The notes below the pieces were generated by a model. That model worked only from the letters and a program-made list of their open reading frames with translations. It was not told where the DNA came from and did not search any database. A stretch of 64,000 nucleotides of DNA from Squalus acanthias (lineage: Eukaryota): contig CM059432.1 in NCBI GenBank assembly GCA_030390025.1, forward strand, positions 73,534,001 through 73,598,000, written 5' to 3'. A program made the translations under genes and the position numbers. Below are positions 1-11,983 of the stretch, in pieces. How positions within the stretch are numbered: position 1 is the first letter of the stretch; every line of letters begins with the position of its first letter.

Positions 1-466
1 TTTAACAGATGCGGGTTGCCCATAGGCTTGCAGCCTCACATTTAACCTGCTTTAGAGGTTTAACCCGACAGCTCAAAGGAGGCGAGGACCACTTCGGGGA
101 GAAAGTAAGTGCCTTTGCAGCACACTTGTGGGCCAGGAGGAGCAGGAGTGCTTCCCCCGGCCTCCCAAGCTACCTGCTTCCCTGGGATCAGAACCACCCC
201 CACCACCAGACCCCCCCTCCAATCCAAAGACCACCCTCCCGGTCGGAGATCGGACCCCACCCCCAGATTCGGGGATCGGACCCCACCATGCTCTGACTAG
301 CAGCTGCAGGCTCCATACCTGCTCCTGTGGTCTGCTCCAGAGTGCACCCCGCCCAACTCCACAGCATGCGGGGAAACCCGGACTTCTGGGTTTCCCGACC
401 GAAACTCCGCACCCCCCACCCACCCCCCAACCGCTTATCAAACCCGCCCCTGTCAATATCGGGGCC
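1..466. mobile_element. Terminal part of a Harbinger-type non-autonomous element, cut by the window edge
   Basis: C-rich GATC/ACCCC subterminal repeats ending AATATCGGGGCC followed by TAA; same style as other Harbinger termini here. Confidence 0.55.
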
Positions 467-995
467 TAAGATTCAGAAACCCCTCATACTCCATGATACT
501 GCAGAGTGGCCAATTGCTGCTCAAGCACAGAGATCCTCTGCTCCAGAGATTCAATTTTCCAACACTTAGTGCAAATATGCTGCCCTTGGATATAGTAAGG
601 ATCCATGATAGCCCAAATATTGCACTCCAAGTATATCACAAGGGCTTCCTGCAGTGCCAATCCTTTATGTCTAACTCAAAAACTGTAGATAGTGCTAAAA
701 TCCCATTAACTCCAAACTCTCACAACAATCAAACTTCTCTTCATTCACACAAGTATTAAGAAAAAAGAATGCTGTCCAATAGCAACTCAAGGCTGAACTG
801 ACTCTAACGTTGAACTCCTGCTGAGGCTAAACCCCACACTTTTCTGGTCTTTCACACTGCACTGGCCTCTTGCAGCTCAAAATTGAGCTCATGATGTTCA
901 GCTCGAATTCATACTGTACTAGCTTGCACAAAGGGGTCGTTTTTACCCCTATCTTGCCGGACGAGAATGGTACGTGGGAGGGGTTAAATTCAGGC

Positions 996-1553
996 GAGTC
1001 GATTTTATCTTCACCAACTTTCAAGTAGGCCGAGGCTTATACTGCAGGCAGATGGGTCCTAATTGAAATGTAATAGTCGCAGCCTAATGACATCATTGAC
1101 ACGCCAGCGCTATTCTTACTGGACCTTGAAGGAGCTACCCACTTGCTGGTAAACCTGCCAGACAATCCTGGTGGGAGGCAGCAGAGTGGCCAGAAGAGCT
1201 CAATTTTTAATTTGGGAAGGATGCCTTAGGGGCCAGGAGGCGGAGGCGTGCTCCCCTGCCATGATCTTGCCTCTTCCTGCCTCGACCAGTATCAGCTCTA
1301 CATCCCCTCCCCAGCACTTGCCTTGTGCCGGGGACCATTCCCCTAGGTCCCTGGCAGCATCTAGCTCCCGCCCCAATTACGGCCTGCCGGCCTTGAAGTC
1401 ATTCTCAGCAGCTCAGCCGAGAGACAAATATGCAATATTAAAATGAGGCCCGGCAGTTAAAATCAACCCGGCCTTGCTTCCGTCTGGACTTCTGGGTGCG
1501 CCACTCATTTCGGGATCCCCACGCATCAATCCACCCCCAAGTTAAAATCAACC
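996..1553. mobile_element. Degenerate Harbinger-type MITE
   Basis: GAGTCGATTTTA ... TAAAATCAACC imperfect inverted termini; GC-rich interior in AT-rich flanks. Confidence 0.45.
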
Positions 1554-1765
1554 AGAATAGCTCAGCTGACACAAAAAAATGCCAAAGAACAGCTAATCAC
1601 AACTCTTTTGTAACCAACTGATTTCCAATTATGACCTCAAACCAGCTGACAGTTAAGGCACCATATAAACAATTTAAACAGCTTAGTATTGAACAGATAA
1701 AATAAATTTAAGCTCAAAATACAGTAAAATATATAAATGAAAATATCAATACTTATAAAAGAAAA

Positions 1766-2055
1766 AAAGAAAGACTTACATTTATATAGCGCCTTTCATG
1801 ACCACCAGACGTCTCAAAGCGCTTCACAGCCAATGAAGTACTTTTGAAGTGTAGTCACTGTTGTAATGTGGGAAACGCAGCAGCCAATTTGCACACAGCA
1901 AGCTCCCACAAACAGCAATGTGATAATGACCAGATAATCTATTTCAGTGATGTTGATTGAGGGATAAATATTGGCCAGGAACACCGGGGATAACTCCCCT
2001 GCTCTTCTTCGAAATAGTGCCGTGGGATCTATTTACATCCACCTGAGAGGACAGA
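1766..2055 (-). mobile_element. 5'-truncated Deu-domain SINE (SacSINE1-like)
   Basis: Closely matches the 3' part of the full copy at 44703-45182, with (CTTT)n tail on the minus strand. Confidence 0.75.
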
Positions 2056-2918
2056 CACAATCACTGTCCAATCACTGCACATACTTCTGCCCTCTCACAC
2101 TCAACTGACCTCTCATAGCTTGAGATTGAGCCATCGCTGCTCAGCTCAAATTTATCCTCTACTAGAATATTCCCTCTATCGAAGTATTGAAATATTAACA
2201 TAATATACTGTATTGCCAAGACTTTGATGCATTTGTGAATTATTCATTCTCGACCATTATTACACATCAGTGTTTCTCTGACATACTTTCAACAGAGGAT
2301 AGGTAAAGAAACTGATAGACTTAATAATAAAATAGATCGAAAACCAAGAATTATATTTTCTGCAAATATACTTTTCCTTTCTTTATTTCTGCTCTAGGAT
2401 CCTGTCAGTTTGCTACAAATAATTGACCTTGGGCATCCCTGATACTTTTAATGCTTGTATTTTTACTATGTTGGTAAATCTAGCTGGGATAAATCCTTCA
2501 CATTTCTTTGTATGTGTTGTGGAAGATAAGAAATTGTTGAAAGCCTGTTGTTGACAACAAGGAAAGACGAGGATGGAGGAATGATGAGTATTTAGTTTGG
2601 ATGGGGGTATTTGCAAGGTTTTTATACTGGTAATCAGGGAGTTATTCTTGTATCTAGTTTTGCCTTGTTACCCAGAAACAGTCCTGCAAAGGACTGGTTA
2701 ATTATTTTTGCTTTCACTAAGTTTAGTCTGAAAATCTAGAGCCCAGAAAAAGCACTGAGTAGGAATAGTCAAGCAGATGCTGAGACACAAATTCAAATAG
2801 ACATGAACAGACCCATGGACAGCAAAATGTGATTGAAAGGAACAAAGATTGAGAAATGGACAAAGAGAAAGATTCATAAAGAATGAAAGTGGGAAACGAT
2901 GGAGAGTGAAAACATTAG

Positions 2919-3045
2919 GGTCTAGAAATTGGACCTCTTTGCGCCCGTCAAAGAGCGCCTGAAAGATGTCCGGACGGGCGTCCCAGGTGGCCTCCTAAAA
3001 CAGGGCTTATGCACTTAAAAACAGGCCATAACCAATTTCTAGGCC
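2919..3045. mobile_element. 127-bp Harbinger-type MITE
   Basis: 14-bp TIR GGTCTAGAAATTGG / CCAATTTCTAGGCC (1 mismatch); TAG duplicated at 2916-2918 and 3046-3048. Confidence 0.8.
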
Positions 3046-3618
3046 TAGCACCTTTTTTGCCTTTAATTTACTCAGTAATATAAATGTCCTACCTATTATT
3101 GTCAACTTTGGTTATTTTTATCTTCAAAATAACAAACACACTAATTCATTTTCCTGATGAATAATGAGATCTCTTGAAGAGAACTGAACTAACTGGATAT
3201 TATGACATGGATAGGATTTCATATTAAACAAATTTAAAAATTAGAGTTAAATTAAATGCTACTTTCAAAAGTTTAATCTGAGAAAAACAAAGAACACAGC
3301 AAAAAATGTTCAAAATGTAATTAATCTCCAGGTTTCCAAATAGGTAATTAATTAAATAGCTTTTTAATAGAATAACTTCAACTTATGGAGGTCTTTTTCA
3401 AATTTATATAAGCACATTAACCACTCCAAATGTAACATACTAAATTATACCAAAATATTTTGGAACTAAAAAATAAATTTATGATCATAGTCACTTTGGG
3501 CCAGAATATCCCAGAATGGTTCAGCGTAACTATAGCATAAGAGCAGAGTTATGTTGTTTCTTTCCAGAGGACATTTCTGTGTAACTGATTTACGCCAGTT
3601 TTACACCGAAACATCGTT

Positions 3619-3970
3619 GGCCTAGAAATTTGGATGCGTAGGGAACTATCCCTGCGTCAGAATGGTGAGGACCGATGTACCGCTGATAATACACCTCAGG
3701 CCTCATTTCTATGGAGCCGGTGATCTGCGCAAAGGTGCCACTGAATAGAAACTGAAGATCTGGCAATCGCAGCAGCCCTCAGGTAAGTGAAGAAGGGTGG
3801 GCGATTGGGCGATGGGCTGAGATGGGAGCGGGCCGCGTTCTTTTAATGTGTTCCTCCCGGCTCCACATTCAGGTAAGTATGGGGGCTTTCATGCTGGTTG
3901 TCGCCACATTGTACATATTGGGAGCTTAGTAAGCCATTTAGTGCCCAAAATAGCGCCGAATTTCTAGACC
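3619..3970. mobile_element. Harbinger-type MITE, probably nested in an older MITE starting near 3498
   Basis: TIR GGCCTAGAAATTTGG / CCGAATTTCTAGACC (2 mismatches); no clean TSD. Confidence 0.6.
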
Positions 3971-4101
3971 ACAATGCGTGCATTGCCTCGATAACTTATC
4001 CCAAGTTACATCCGCCAAAACCTCACTTAGCTCATTAGCATACCTCCGCCCTCATGTAAAACACCAGAGAATTCGAGTTACAACCTCAGGAAAGATATAT
4101 T

Positions 4102-4530
4102 ACATAGAAACATAGAATCTAGGAGCAGGAGTAGGCCATTCGGCCCGTCGAGCCTGCTCCGCCATTCAATACGATCATGGCTGATCATCCAAATCCAGTA
4201 CGCTGTCCCTGCTTTAATCCCCACAGTACTCATATCCCACCCTACCCCCGTAACCCCATGTATTTAATTCCCCCTAACATATCCCATCCTATCCCCATAA
4301 CCCCACATATTTAATCCCCCCTAACACTAAGGGTCAATTTATCATAGCCAAATCAACCTAACCCACACATTTTTGGACTGTGGGAGGAAACCGGAGCACC
4401 CGGAGGAAACCCACGCAGACACGGGGAGAATGTGCAAACTCCACACAGACAGTCACCCGAGGTCAGATTCGAACCCGGGTCTCTGGCGCTGTGAGGCACC
4501 AGTGCTAACCACTATGCCACCGTGTTGCCC
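4102..4530 (-). mobile_element. HE1-like tRNA-derived V-SINE with CR1-derived 3' tail
   Basis: Minus-strand head with A box TGGCATAGTGG and B box GGTTCGAATCT; V-domain-like core; 3' end matches CR1 3' UTR with (TTCTATGT)n tail; near-identical copy at 37742-38178. Confidence 0.85.
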
Positions 4531-4544
4531 ACTATTGATCTTTG

Positions 4545-4687
4545 AGGTTTTGCAGATTCACCAGAATGATACCAGGGCTTAAATCATTAAATTATGAGGG
4601 TAAGTTGCATAAACATGGATTGTATTCCCTCGAGTTTAGAAGGTTGAGGGGTGATCTAATCAAGGTATTTAAAATGATAAAGGGATT
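4545..4687 (+). mobile_element. Old CR1 ORF2 fragment, continued at 10323-10472 after a younger CR1 insertion
   Basis: RFTRMIPGL...LYSLEFRRLRGDLIKVFK; the next CR1 codons (EKLFLLVGESRTRGHNLKIR) resume at about 10325. Confidence 0.75.
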
Positions 4688-4784
4688 CATAGAAAAGAAA
4701 CATAGAAAAATAGGAGCAGGAGTAAGCCATTCGGCCCTTTGAGCCTACTCCGCCATTCAATATGATCATGGCTGATCCTCTATC

Positions 4785-7700
4785 TCAATACCATATTCCC
4801 GCTCTTTCCCCATACCCGTTGACGCTTTTTGCGTCTAGAAATCTATCTATCTCCTTCTTAAATATATTCAGTGGCTTGGCCTCCACAGCCTTCTGTGGTA
4901 GAGAATTCCACAGGTTCACCACCCTCTGAGTGAAGAAATTTTTCCTCATCTCAGTCTTAAATGTCCTACCCCGTATCCTGAGACTGTGACCCCTCGTTCT
5001 AGAGCCCTCAGCCAAGGGAAACATCCTCCCTGCATCGACTCTGTCTAGCCCTGTCAGAATTTTATACGTTTCAATGAGATCCCCTCTCATTCTTCTAAAC
5101 TCTAGTGAATACAGGCCTAGTCGACCCAATCTCTCCTCATATGACAGTCCTGCCATCCCAGGAATCAGTCTGGTGAAACTTCGCTGCACTCCCTGTAGGG
5201 GGTGGTGTGGTAGGGGTCAGCCTCACCTCTGACTCAGCGAGCGGTTCGAATCACTCCCACGCCCCTGGTTCTGGACCTTGGACTTATTTGGGGGTTGTGA
5301 ACAAAGATGCAGTAGACAACAGGTTCCGATGAAAGAATTTTGACTTTTATTAAAAGAAAAGGTAACAAACTTAAAACACACTTAACACTTAAACAGGTTG
5401 GGGAACACACGGTACAGGCAATGCACGGTGCATGGCAATATACAAAAACCCTTATCCCTCCCAAAAATCCCACTATCTAGCTAGGTTTTGGTTTCAGGAG
5501 ATCAGGGATAATGCTCACCAAACAGGGGTTTTGACAGTGCGAAATCTAGCCAGGTAAGTTGATTGAGATTTTGAGGTACTCTCTTTTTGTTCTTTGGGGC
5601 CTGCCGTCCCCACGTGGTACCGGTCTGTGAAATCTGCGATGGTGGTCTAGTCGTCGAGTTTTGTTGCGTTGGAGGCTTGTCGGAACGGTACCTTCTGGGG
5701 CTGGACCGTGGGTTGAGCGATGCCAACTCGCTCCCAGCCTCCAGTGACCTTGGCTAGTGGCTGCTAGTGCTGGACCGTGTGCTGAGCGATGCCGACTCGC
5801 TCCCAGTGGCCTCAGCTCTAGCCCTTGCCTGGCCTAGTCTGTCCTTGCCTCCGATCTCGCCCCGGGTCTGCCTCGTGGCCTTGCTGCTTCTCTCCTCCTC
5901 CTGCTCGTGTCGTGTGGCTCGTAGTGTCTTGCTGGAACTTGCTGCAACTGGAACAGAGCTGAGAGAGAGCTTCTTGGGGGGTTAGGCCCTCAATTATACT
6001 GTTCAGACCCTTTGTCTTTTTCGCGCCAAAACCCCTTTCCTAAATCGGTTTCGTGTTGAAGTGATTTAGGTTTCAGTTGAGGCCTGTTCATTCCATTGTC
6101 TTAGTTTTGAGGGCTTGTTAAGTTTTGATGGTTTTAACTTGGTGTTAAATTGTCCTGATGGCTTCCGATGTCTCCCATTTAGGCAGGGCCTTTATCTACG
6201 CGCCAAATCTTGTCCCTATAGATACCTGGCTGATTGGTTTTTGATGAAGTAATGGCTGTACTAGATGTTTTATTGTTTACAGGCTTCTGGCATCCTGTTT
6301 GGGCCTGGGGATATTCAAAAGGTGTCTTGAATTATTCAATTTTGGATGTGTTGTGAGGTTTTGGGTGAGGTTCTTTCTCCTGCCTGGATTGCAGTGCAAA
6401 CAAATTCCAGACAGCTTGACTTCAAAAGCTGTCCACTGCCTCACCACACCCCTTCGCAAAGGTGTTCTTTTCCCATAGTCATTTTCAAAAGTCATTTTTC
6501 GTCAGGGTTTTTCTTCCCTGATCTTTAAAATGTCCAAAACTGAGGTTTTTACCTCAAATCACTTCACTTATGTCCCATCATCCCAAATTCATAGGAAAAA
6601 TCCAAAAATCACCCTTTTTAGGGTTCTATACGAGTTTCTGGGAATTTTGCGAAGCTTACATCCCTCTATGGCAAATATATCCTCTCTTAGGTAAGGAGAC
6701 CAAAACTGCACACAGTACTCCAGGTGTGGTCTCACCAAGGCCCTGTATAACTGTAGTAAGACATCCTTGCTCCTGCACTCAAATCCTCTTGCAATGAAGG
6801 CCAACATACCATTTGCCTTCCTAACTGCTTGCTGCACCTGCATGTTTGCTTTCAGTGACTGGTGTACAAGGACACCTAGGTCCATTTGTACATCAACATT
6901 TCCCAATCTATCACCATTTAAATAATACTCTTCCTTTCTGTTTTTCCTACCGACGTGGATAACTTCACATTTATCCACGTTATACTGCATCTGCCATGTA
7001 TTTGCCCACTCACTCAACTTGTCTAAATCGCCTTGAAGCCTCTTTGCATCCTCCTAACAACTCACAATCCCACCTAGTTTCGTGTCATCAGCAAACTTGG
7101 AAATATTACATTTGGTTCCCTCATCCAAATCATTGATATATATGGTGAATAGCTGGGGCCGAAGCACTGATCCCTGCAGTATCCCACTAGTCACCGCCTG
7201 CCACCCCGAAAAAGACCCATTTATTTCTACTCTCTGTTTCCTGTCTGTTAACCAATTTTCAATCCATGCCAGTATATTACCCCCAATCCCACGTGCTTTA
7301 ATTTTGCACACTAACCTCTTATGTGGGACTTTATCAAAGGCCTTCTGAAAATCCAAATACACCACATCCACTGGTTCTCCCTTATCTATTCTACCAGTTA
7401 CATCCTCAAAAAACTCCAGTAGGCTTGTCAAACACGATTTCCCTTTCATAAATCCATGTTGACTTTGTCTAATCCTGTTGATATTTTCTAAGTGTCCTGT
7501 TATCACATCCTTTATAATAGACTCTAGCATTTTCCCTACTACTGATGTTAGGTCTGTAGTTCCCCGTTTTCTGTCTCCCTCCTTTTTTAAATAGTGGGGT
7601 TACATTTGCCACCCTCCAATCTGCAGAAACTGTTCCATAATCTAGAGAATTTTGGAAGATGACAACCAATTCATCCACTATTTCCATGGCTACCTCTATT

Positions 7701-9080
7701 AGTACTCTGGGATGCAGATTATCAGGCCCTGGGGATTTATCGGCTTTCAGTCCCATTAATTTCTCCAGCACTATTTTTTTACGATTACTAATTTCCTTTA
7801 ATTCCTCCTTCTCACTAGACCCTTGGTTCCCTCGCATTTCTGGGAAGTTATTTGTGTCCTCTTCTGTGAAGACAGAACCAAAGTATTTGTTTAATTGCTC
7901 TGCCATTTCCTTGTTCCCCATTATAAATTCTCCTGTTTCTGACTGTAAGGGACCTACATTTGTCTTCACTAATCTTTTTCTTTTTACATACTTGTAGAAG
8001 CTTTTACAGTCCGCTTTTATGTTCCTTGCAACTTTACTCTCATACTCTATTTATCTCCTCTTAATCAATCTCATGGTCCTTTATTGCTGAACTATAAACT
8101 GCTCCCAATCCTCAGGCTTGCTACCTTTTCTGGCAACTTTATATGACTCCTCTTTGGATCTAATACTATCCATAACTTCTTTTGTTAGCCATGGTTGGCC
8201 CGCTTTTCCTTTTGTATTTTTGCGCCAGAAAGGAATGTATAACTGTTGCAATTCATGCATTCGTTCCTTAAATGTTAGCCATTGCCTATCCACCGTCATG
8301 CCTTTTAATGAAGCTCCCCAATCTATCATAGCTAACTCCCTCCTCATACCTTCATAGTTTCCTTTGTTTAGATTTAGGACCCTAGTTTCGGATTAGACTA
8401 ATTCACCTTCCATCTTAATGAAGAATTCTATCATGTTATGGTCACTCTTCCCTAACAGACCCCGCACAACAAGATTATTAATTAACCCCTTCTCATTGCA
8501 CAATACCCAATCTAGGATAGCCTGTTCCCTAGTTGGCTCCTCAACGTATTGGTCTAACAAACCATCTTGTACACACTGCAGGAATTCATCCTCCACAGTA
8601 TTATTGCTAATTTGGTTTGGCCAGTCTATATGTAGATTAAAGTCACCCATGATTACTGTAGTACCCTTGTTACATGCGTCTCTAATTTCCTGTTTGATGC
8701 CATCCCCTACATTACCACTACTGTTTGGAGGCCTATAGACAACTCCCACCAATGTTTTCTTCCCCTTGGTGCTTCTTAGCTCCACCCAGACTGATTCTAC
8801 ATCTTGATTTTCTGAGCCAATATCCTTCCTCACTATTGCTCTGATTTCATCCTATCCGAACAACGCCACATCACCTCCTTTTCCTTTTTGCCTGTCCTTC
8901 GTAAATATCAAATATCCTTGAATATTCAGCTCCCAGCCTTTGTCACCCTGCAGCCATGTCTCCGTAATCGCAATTATATCGTATCCATTTTCATCTATTT
9001 GCGCTGTTAATTCATCTACCTTATTATGAATGCTTCATGCATTCATATACAGTACCGTTAGATTTGTCTTTTTAACATTT
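4785..9080 (-). pseudogene. CR1 ORF2 (endonuclease + reverse transcriptase), broken by stops, frameshifts and an LTR
   Basis: ORF fragments 8393-8833, 8081-8347, 7469-7969, 7054-7530, 6589-7017, 4785-5189. Confidence 0.9.
5194..6660 (-). mobile_element. Solo LTR (1467 bp) of an ERV or Gypsy-type element
   Basis: TGTA...TACA ends; 4-bp TSD TCCC (5190-5193, 6661-6664) cleanly splitting CR1 ORF2; minus-strand TATAA near 5996 and AATAAA at 5346-5351. Confidence 0.88.
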
Positions 9081-9300
9081 TTAGACATCTTAACATTTTT
9101 TTGTACTATGGCCCTATTTGTCTTATTACCATTTTTTCTTACCCGGACCCTATTTGTTAGTGCACTCTTTTGTTTGTACGCTCTGTCCCTTCCTGACACA
9201 ATCTGGTTATCCTTACCCCAATCACTTTCCTGCACTGCTTCCTTGTCTTTTCTTTTTAGCATTCTAGATTTCTCTCCACCGGGACCCTCCCCCCGCCTTA

Positions 9301-10216
9301 TTTAGTTTAAAGCCCTATCTACCTCCCTAGTTATTCGATTCGCTATAACTCTGGTCCCAGCATGGTTCAGGTGGAGTCCGGCCCAACGGAACAGCTCTCT
9401 CTTTCCCCAGTACTGGTGCCAGTGCCCCACAAATCAAAACTTACTTCTCCCACACCAATCTTTGAGCCACGCATTCCTCTCCCTGATCCTATTGACCCTA
9501 TGCCAATTTGCTCGTGGCTCCAGTAATAATCCAGAGATTATGACCTTTGTGGCTCTGCTTTTTAATTTAGTCCCTAGCTGCTCAAACTCTCTCAGCAGAA
9601 CCTCTTTCTTAGTCCTACCTATGTTGTTGGTACCTACGTGGACCACGACAACTGGATCCTCCCCCTCCCACTCCAAGTTCTTCTCCAGCCCTGAGGAGAT
9701 GTCCTTTACCCTGGCACCAGGTAGGCAACATAGTCTTTGGGACTCACGCTCCTGGCTGCAGAGAACAGTGTCTATCCCCCTAACTATACTGTCGCCTACT
9801 ACAACCACCTTCCTTTTTACTTCCCCCACTTGAACGGCTTCCTGTACCACGGTGCCGTGGTCATTTTGCTCGTGCTCCCCACAGTCCCTGCACTTCACCA
9901 CAAGGGTTACAAGAACCTCGAATCTATTGGACAAGTGCAGGGACTGAGGCTCCTGGATCCCCGTACCTGCCTCGCTCGCAGTCACACCCTGACCACCTGT
10001 CAATTCTGAAGTATTTAATCTAAGGGGTGTGGCTGCCTCCTGGAGCAAAAGGTCCAGGTAACTTTCTCCCTCCCTGATGTCTCGCAATGTCTGCAGTTCG
10101 GACTCCAGCTCTTCAACTCGGAATCGAAGTTCCTCGAGCCGCAGACACTTACTACAGATGTAGTCACCCTGGACAAAAATGTCCACAAGCTCCCACATAT
10201 TGCAGCAGCAACACAT
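9301..10216 (-). pseudogene. CR1 ORF1: Cys-rich zinc finger, leucine-zipper-like coil, SGNH/GDSL esterase-like domain
   Basis: CCCCNMW...YICSKC, LEELRFRVEELESEL, VVVGDSIVRG, CLPGARV, VVHVGTNN; frame breaks near 9434. Confidence 0.9.
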
Positions 10217-10493
10217 CTCCTGTTCTCCCCTTATTTTATTTATTTAATTAATTAGTTTAGTATTAATAAAATTATTTACCTCGTTTAGTTTAGTAAATTA
10301 ATTAAATTAAGTTTAGTTTTTAAATAGGGAAGATACAGAGAAACTATTTCTTTTGGTGGGTGAATCCAGAACAAGAGGGCATAATCTTAAAATTAGAGCT
10401 CGGACATTTTGGAGTGAAATCAGGAAGCACTTTCTCACACAAAGGGCAATGAAAATCTGGAACTCTCTCCCCGTTCGTCTCAGGCGGTGGTGA

Positions 10494-10600
10494 AAAACGG
10501 GAGGTATACGCAGTGCCTGATATTCAGCTCCATTGACTGCACTAGAGCTGAATATCAGGCACTGCGTATAACAGGCGGCCGATCTGATACCACCCGTTTT
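10494..10600. repeat. Palindromic MITE remnant with a perfect 26-bp inverted repeat
   Basis: TATACGCAGTGCCTGATATTCAGCTC (10505-10530) is the exact reverse complement of 10545-10570. Confidence 0.85.
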
Positions 10601-10610
10601 GAAACATATA

Positions 10611-11501
10611 GGGGTAAAAATTCAGTTGGTTGCGCCTCCCGTTAGCGCCTTAAGAGGGCGCTAATGGGGCGCAAAGCCGCTAACGCCCAGGCGCAGCGAT
10701 GTTTGCGCCGCTCGAGAACTTAACTTGAGATTGTGCGGCGGCGCTAAAACTTACCGCTGCGACCACCTGCGCGCGCAGATTGTGACGTCATTCCATGGTG
10801 CAACGCCCTTGTGGCGCCCCGGAGTGGAAATTGAGTGGCGCCCCCTGCCTTACCGCCTGGCGCTTCCAACGACCGGAAGACTGGAACGCTATCAATCGCT
10901 GTGGGGCTGGGGGGGGCGCTATTTAAAGGGGGCCTCTTCCTGTCTTTTATTGTTGGTGGCATTTTTGAACTACGCATTCTGAGAGAGAGGGAGAGACTTC
11001 TGGAGAGATTCAACGTTGTGTGAAGGAGTTTTGGGTACTGAGCAGCACTTTGCAGGTTCATTTTGATTTGCCATTCCTTGTATCGATTTAGCAGAGACTG
11101 TGGGAGCTGCACTCTGAGCTCTTTGCCTGGTACTCTCCATTGTTCTTTCCAGCACATTTGATGTGCAAGTCTCTCCAGGCCGAGATTCAAGGCTGCAATG
11201 AACAGGATGTGGATGGAAAGCAAGATTAACCATCCCCTTTAAGAACTGGCCCGTGCCATTGTGTGTGTGTTCCATTGCTGACTGACATTACATGAGCTTC
11301 GCCAGCGCTCTGAGGTAGCGCCTCACTCCTTGGCCTTTGCGCCTTAAGACAGGTGTGCAGCGTCTGCTTTAGCGCTCCACTCACCTCCCGGGGCGGTAAA
11401 AGTGAAGTTTCCAGTCAGGGCCGATAATTAGCGCCAGGCGCTAATATTTGTGTCCAGATGATATTTGCGCCCCAAATGGGGCGCGACCTAATTTCTACCC
11501 C
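10611..11501. mobile_element. Non-autonomous Harbinger-type element
   Basis: TIR GGGGTAAAAATT / AATTTCTACCCC; ATA duplicated on both flanks; many subterminal GCGCC motifs. Confidence 0.8.
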
Positions 11502-11504
11502 ATA

Positions 11505-11723
11505 GGATTCTGAGGGGGATTGACAGGGTTGATACTGAGAGGTTGTTTCCTCTGGCTGGAGAGTTTAGAACTAGGAGGTATAGTCTCAGGATAAGGGGTC
11601 GGCCATTTAAGGCTGAGATGAGGAGGAATTTCTTCACTCAGAGGGTTGTGAATCTTTGGAATTCTCTACCCCAAAGGACTGTGGATGCAGAATTGTTGAG
11701 TATATTCAAGGCTGACAGAGATA
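11505..11723 (+). mobile_element. CR1 3' fragment split by the Harbinger insertion (resumes 16082-16225)
   Basis: FPLAGEFRTRRYSLRIRGRPF...NFFTQRVVNLWNSLP; CR1 sequence continues directly after the right TSD. Confidence 0.85.
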
Positions 11724-11983
11724 GGCCGCGATTTTCCAAGTGGAGGTGGGTTGGCTGTTCGGCGGGTTCTGGTCCCGTTGCCAGTTTAATCCGCTCTGAA
11801 ATAACGATTTTGCCTAAAGTAGGCTGATTAAGCCCGTCGTGCATGATACCCGGCCCAATCAGTGGGTTCGGGTCTGCTGCTCACCTCTGCTGACGTCTTT
11901 CAGCCAGCTGCATTTAAGGGGCCCATGCAGCCTTGTTGTTGTTCAATCCTATTCTGCTGCTTCTCGGTGTGGCACATATCGAA

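Larger units (their letters stand above)
4688..10322 (-). mobile_element. Near full-length CR1 LINE (ORF1 + ORF2, decayed), interrupted by a solo LTR
   Basis: Colinear minus-strand pieces: ORF1, APE endonuclease (VYRPP, MGDFN, SDHN), RT ([18 protein letters not shown]), CR1 C-terminus and 3' UTR with microsatellite tail. Confidence 0.95.

Noticed and set aside
493..759. 88-aa plus-strand ORF in non-repetitive-looking DNA
   Set aside because: No recognisable motif or convincing splice signals
2398..2620. Strong plus-strand splice acceptor (TTTCTTTATTTCTGCTCTAG)
   Set aside because: All three frames stop within about 50 nt; could only be a non-coding or terminal exon
4455..4530. tRNA genes (also near 38100-38178, 38680-38768, 45110-45182)
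   Set aside because: A/B boxes are heads of SINEs or a LINE and continue into repeat bodies
10744..11275. 159-aa and 101-aa ORFs inside the 10611-11501 element
   Set aside because: No recognisable domain; likely chance frames or eroded transposon coding remnants
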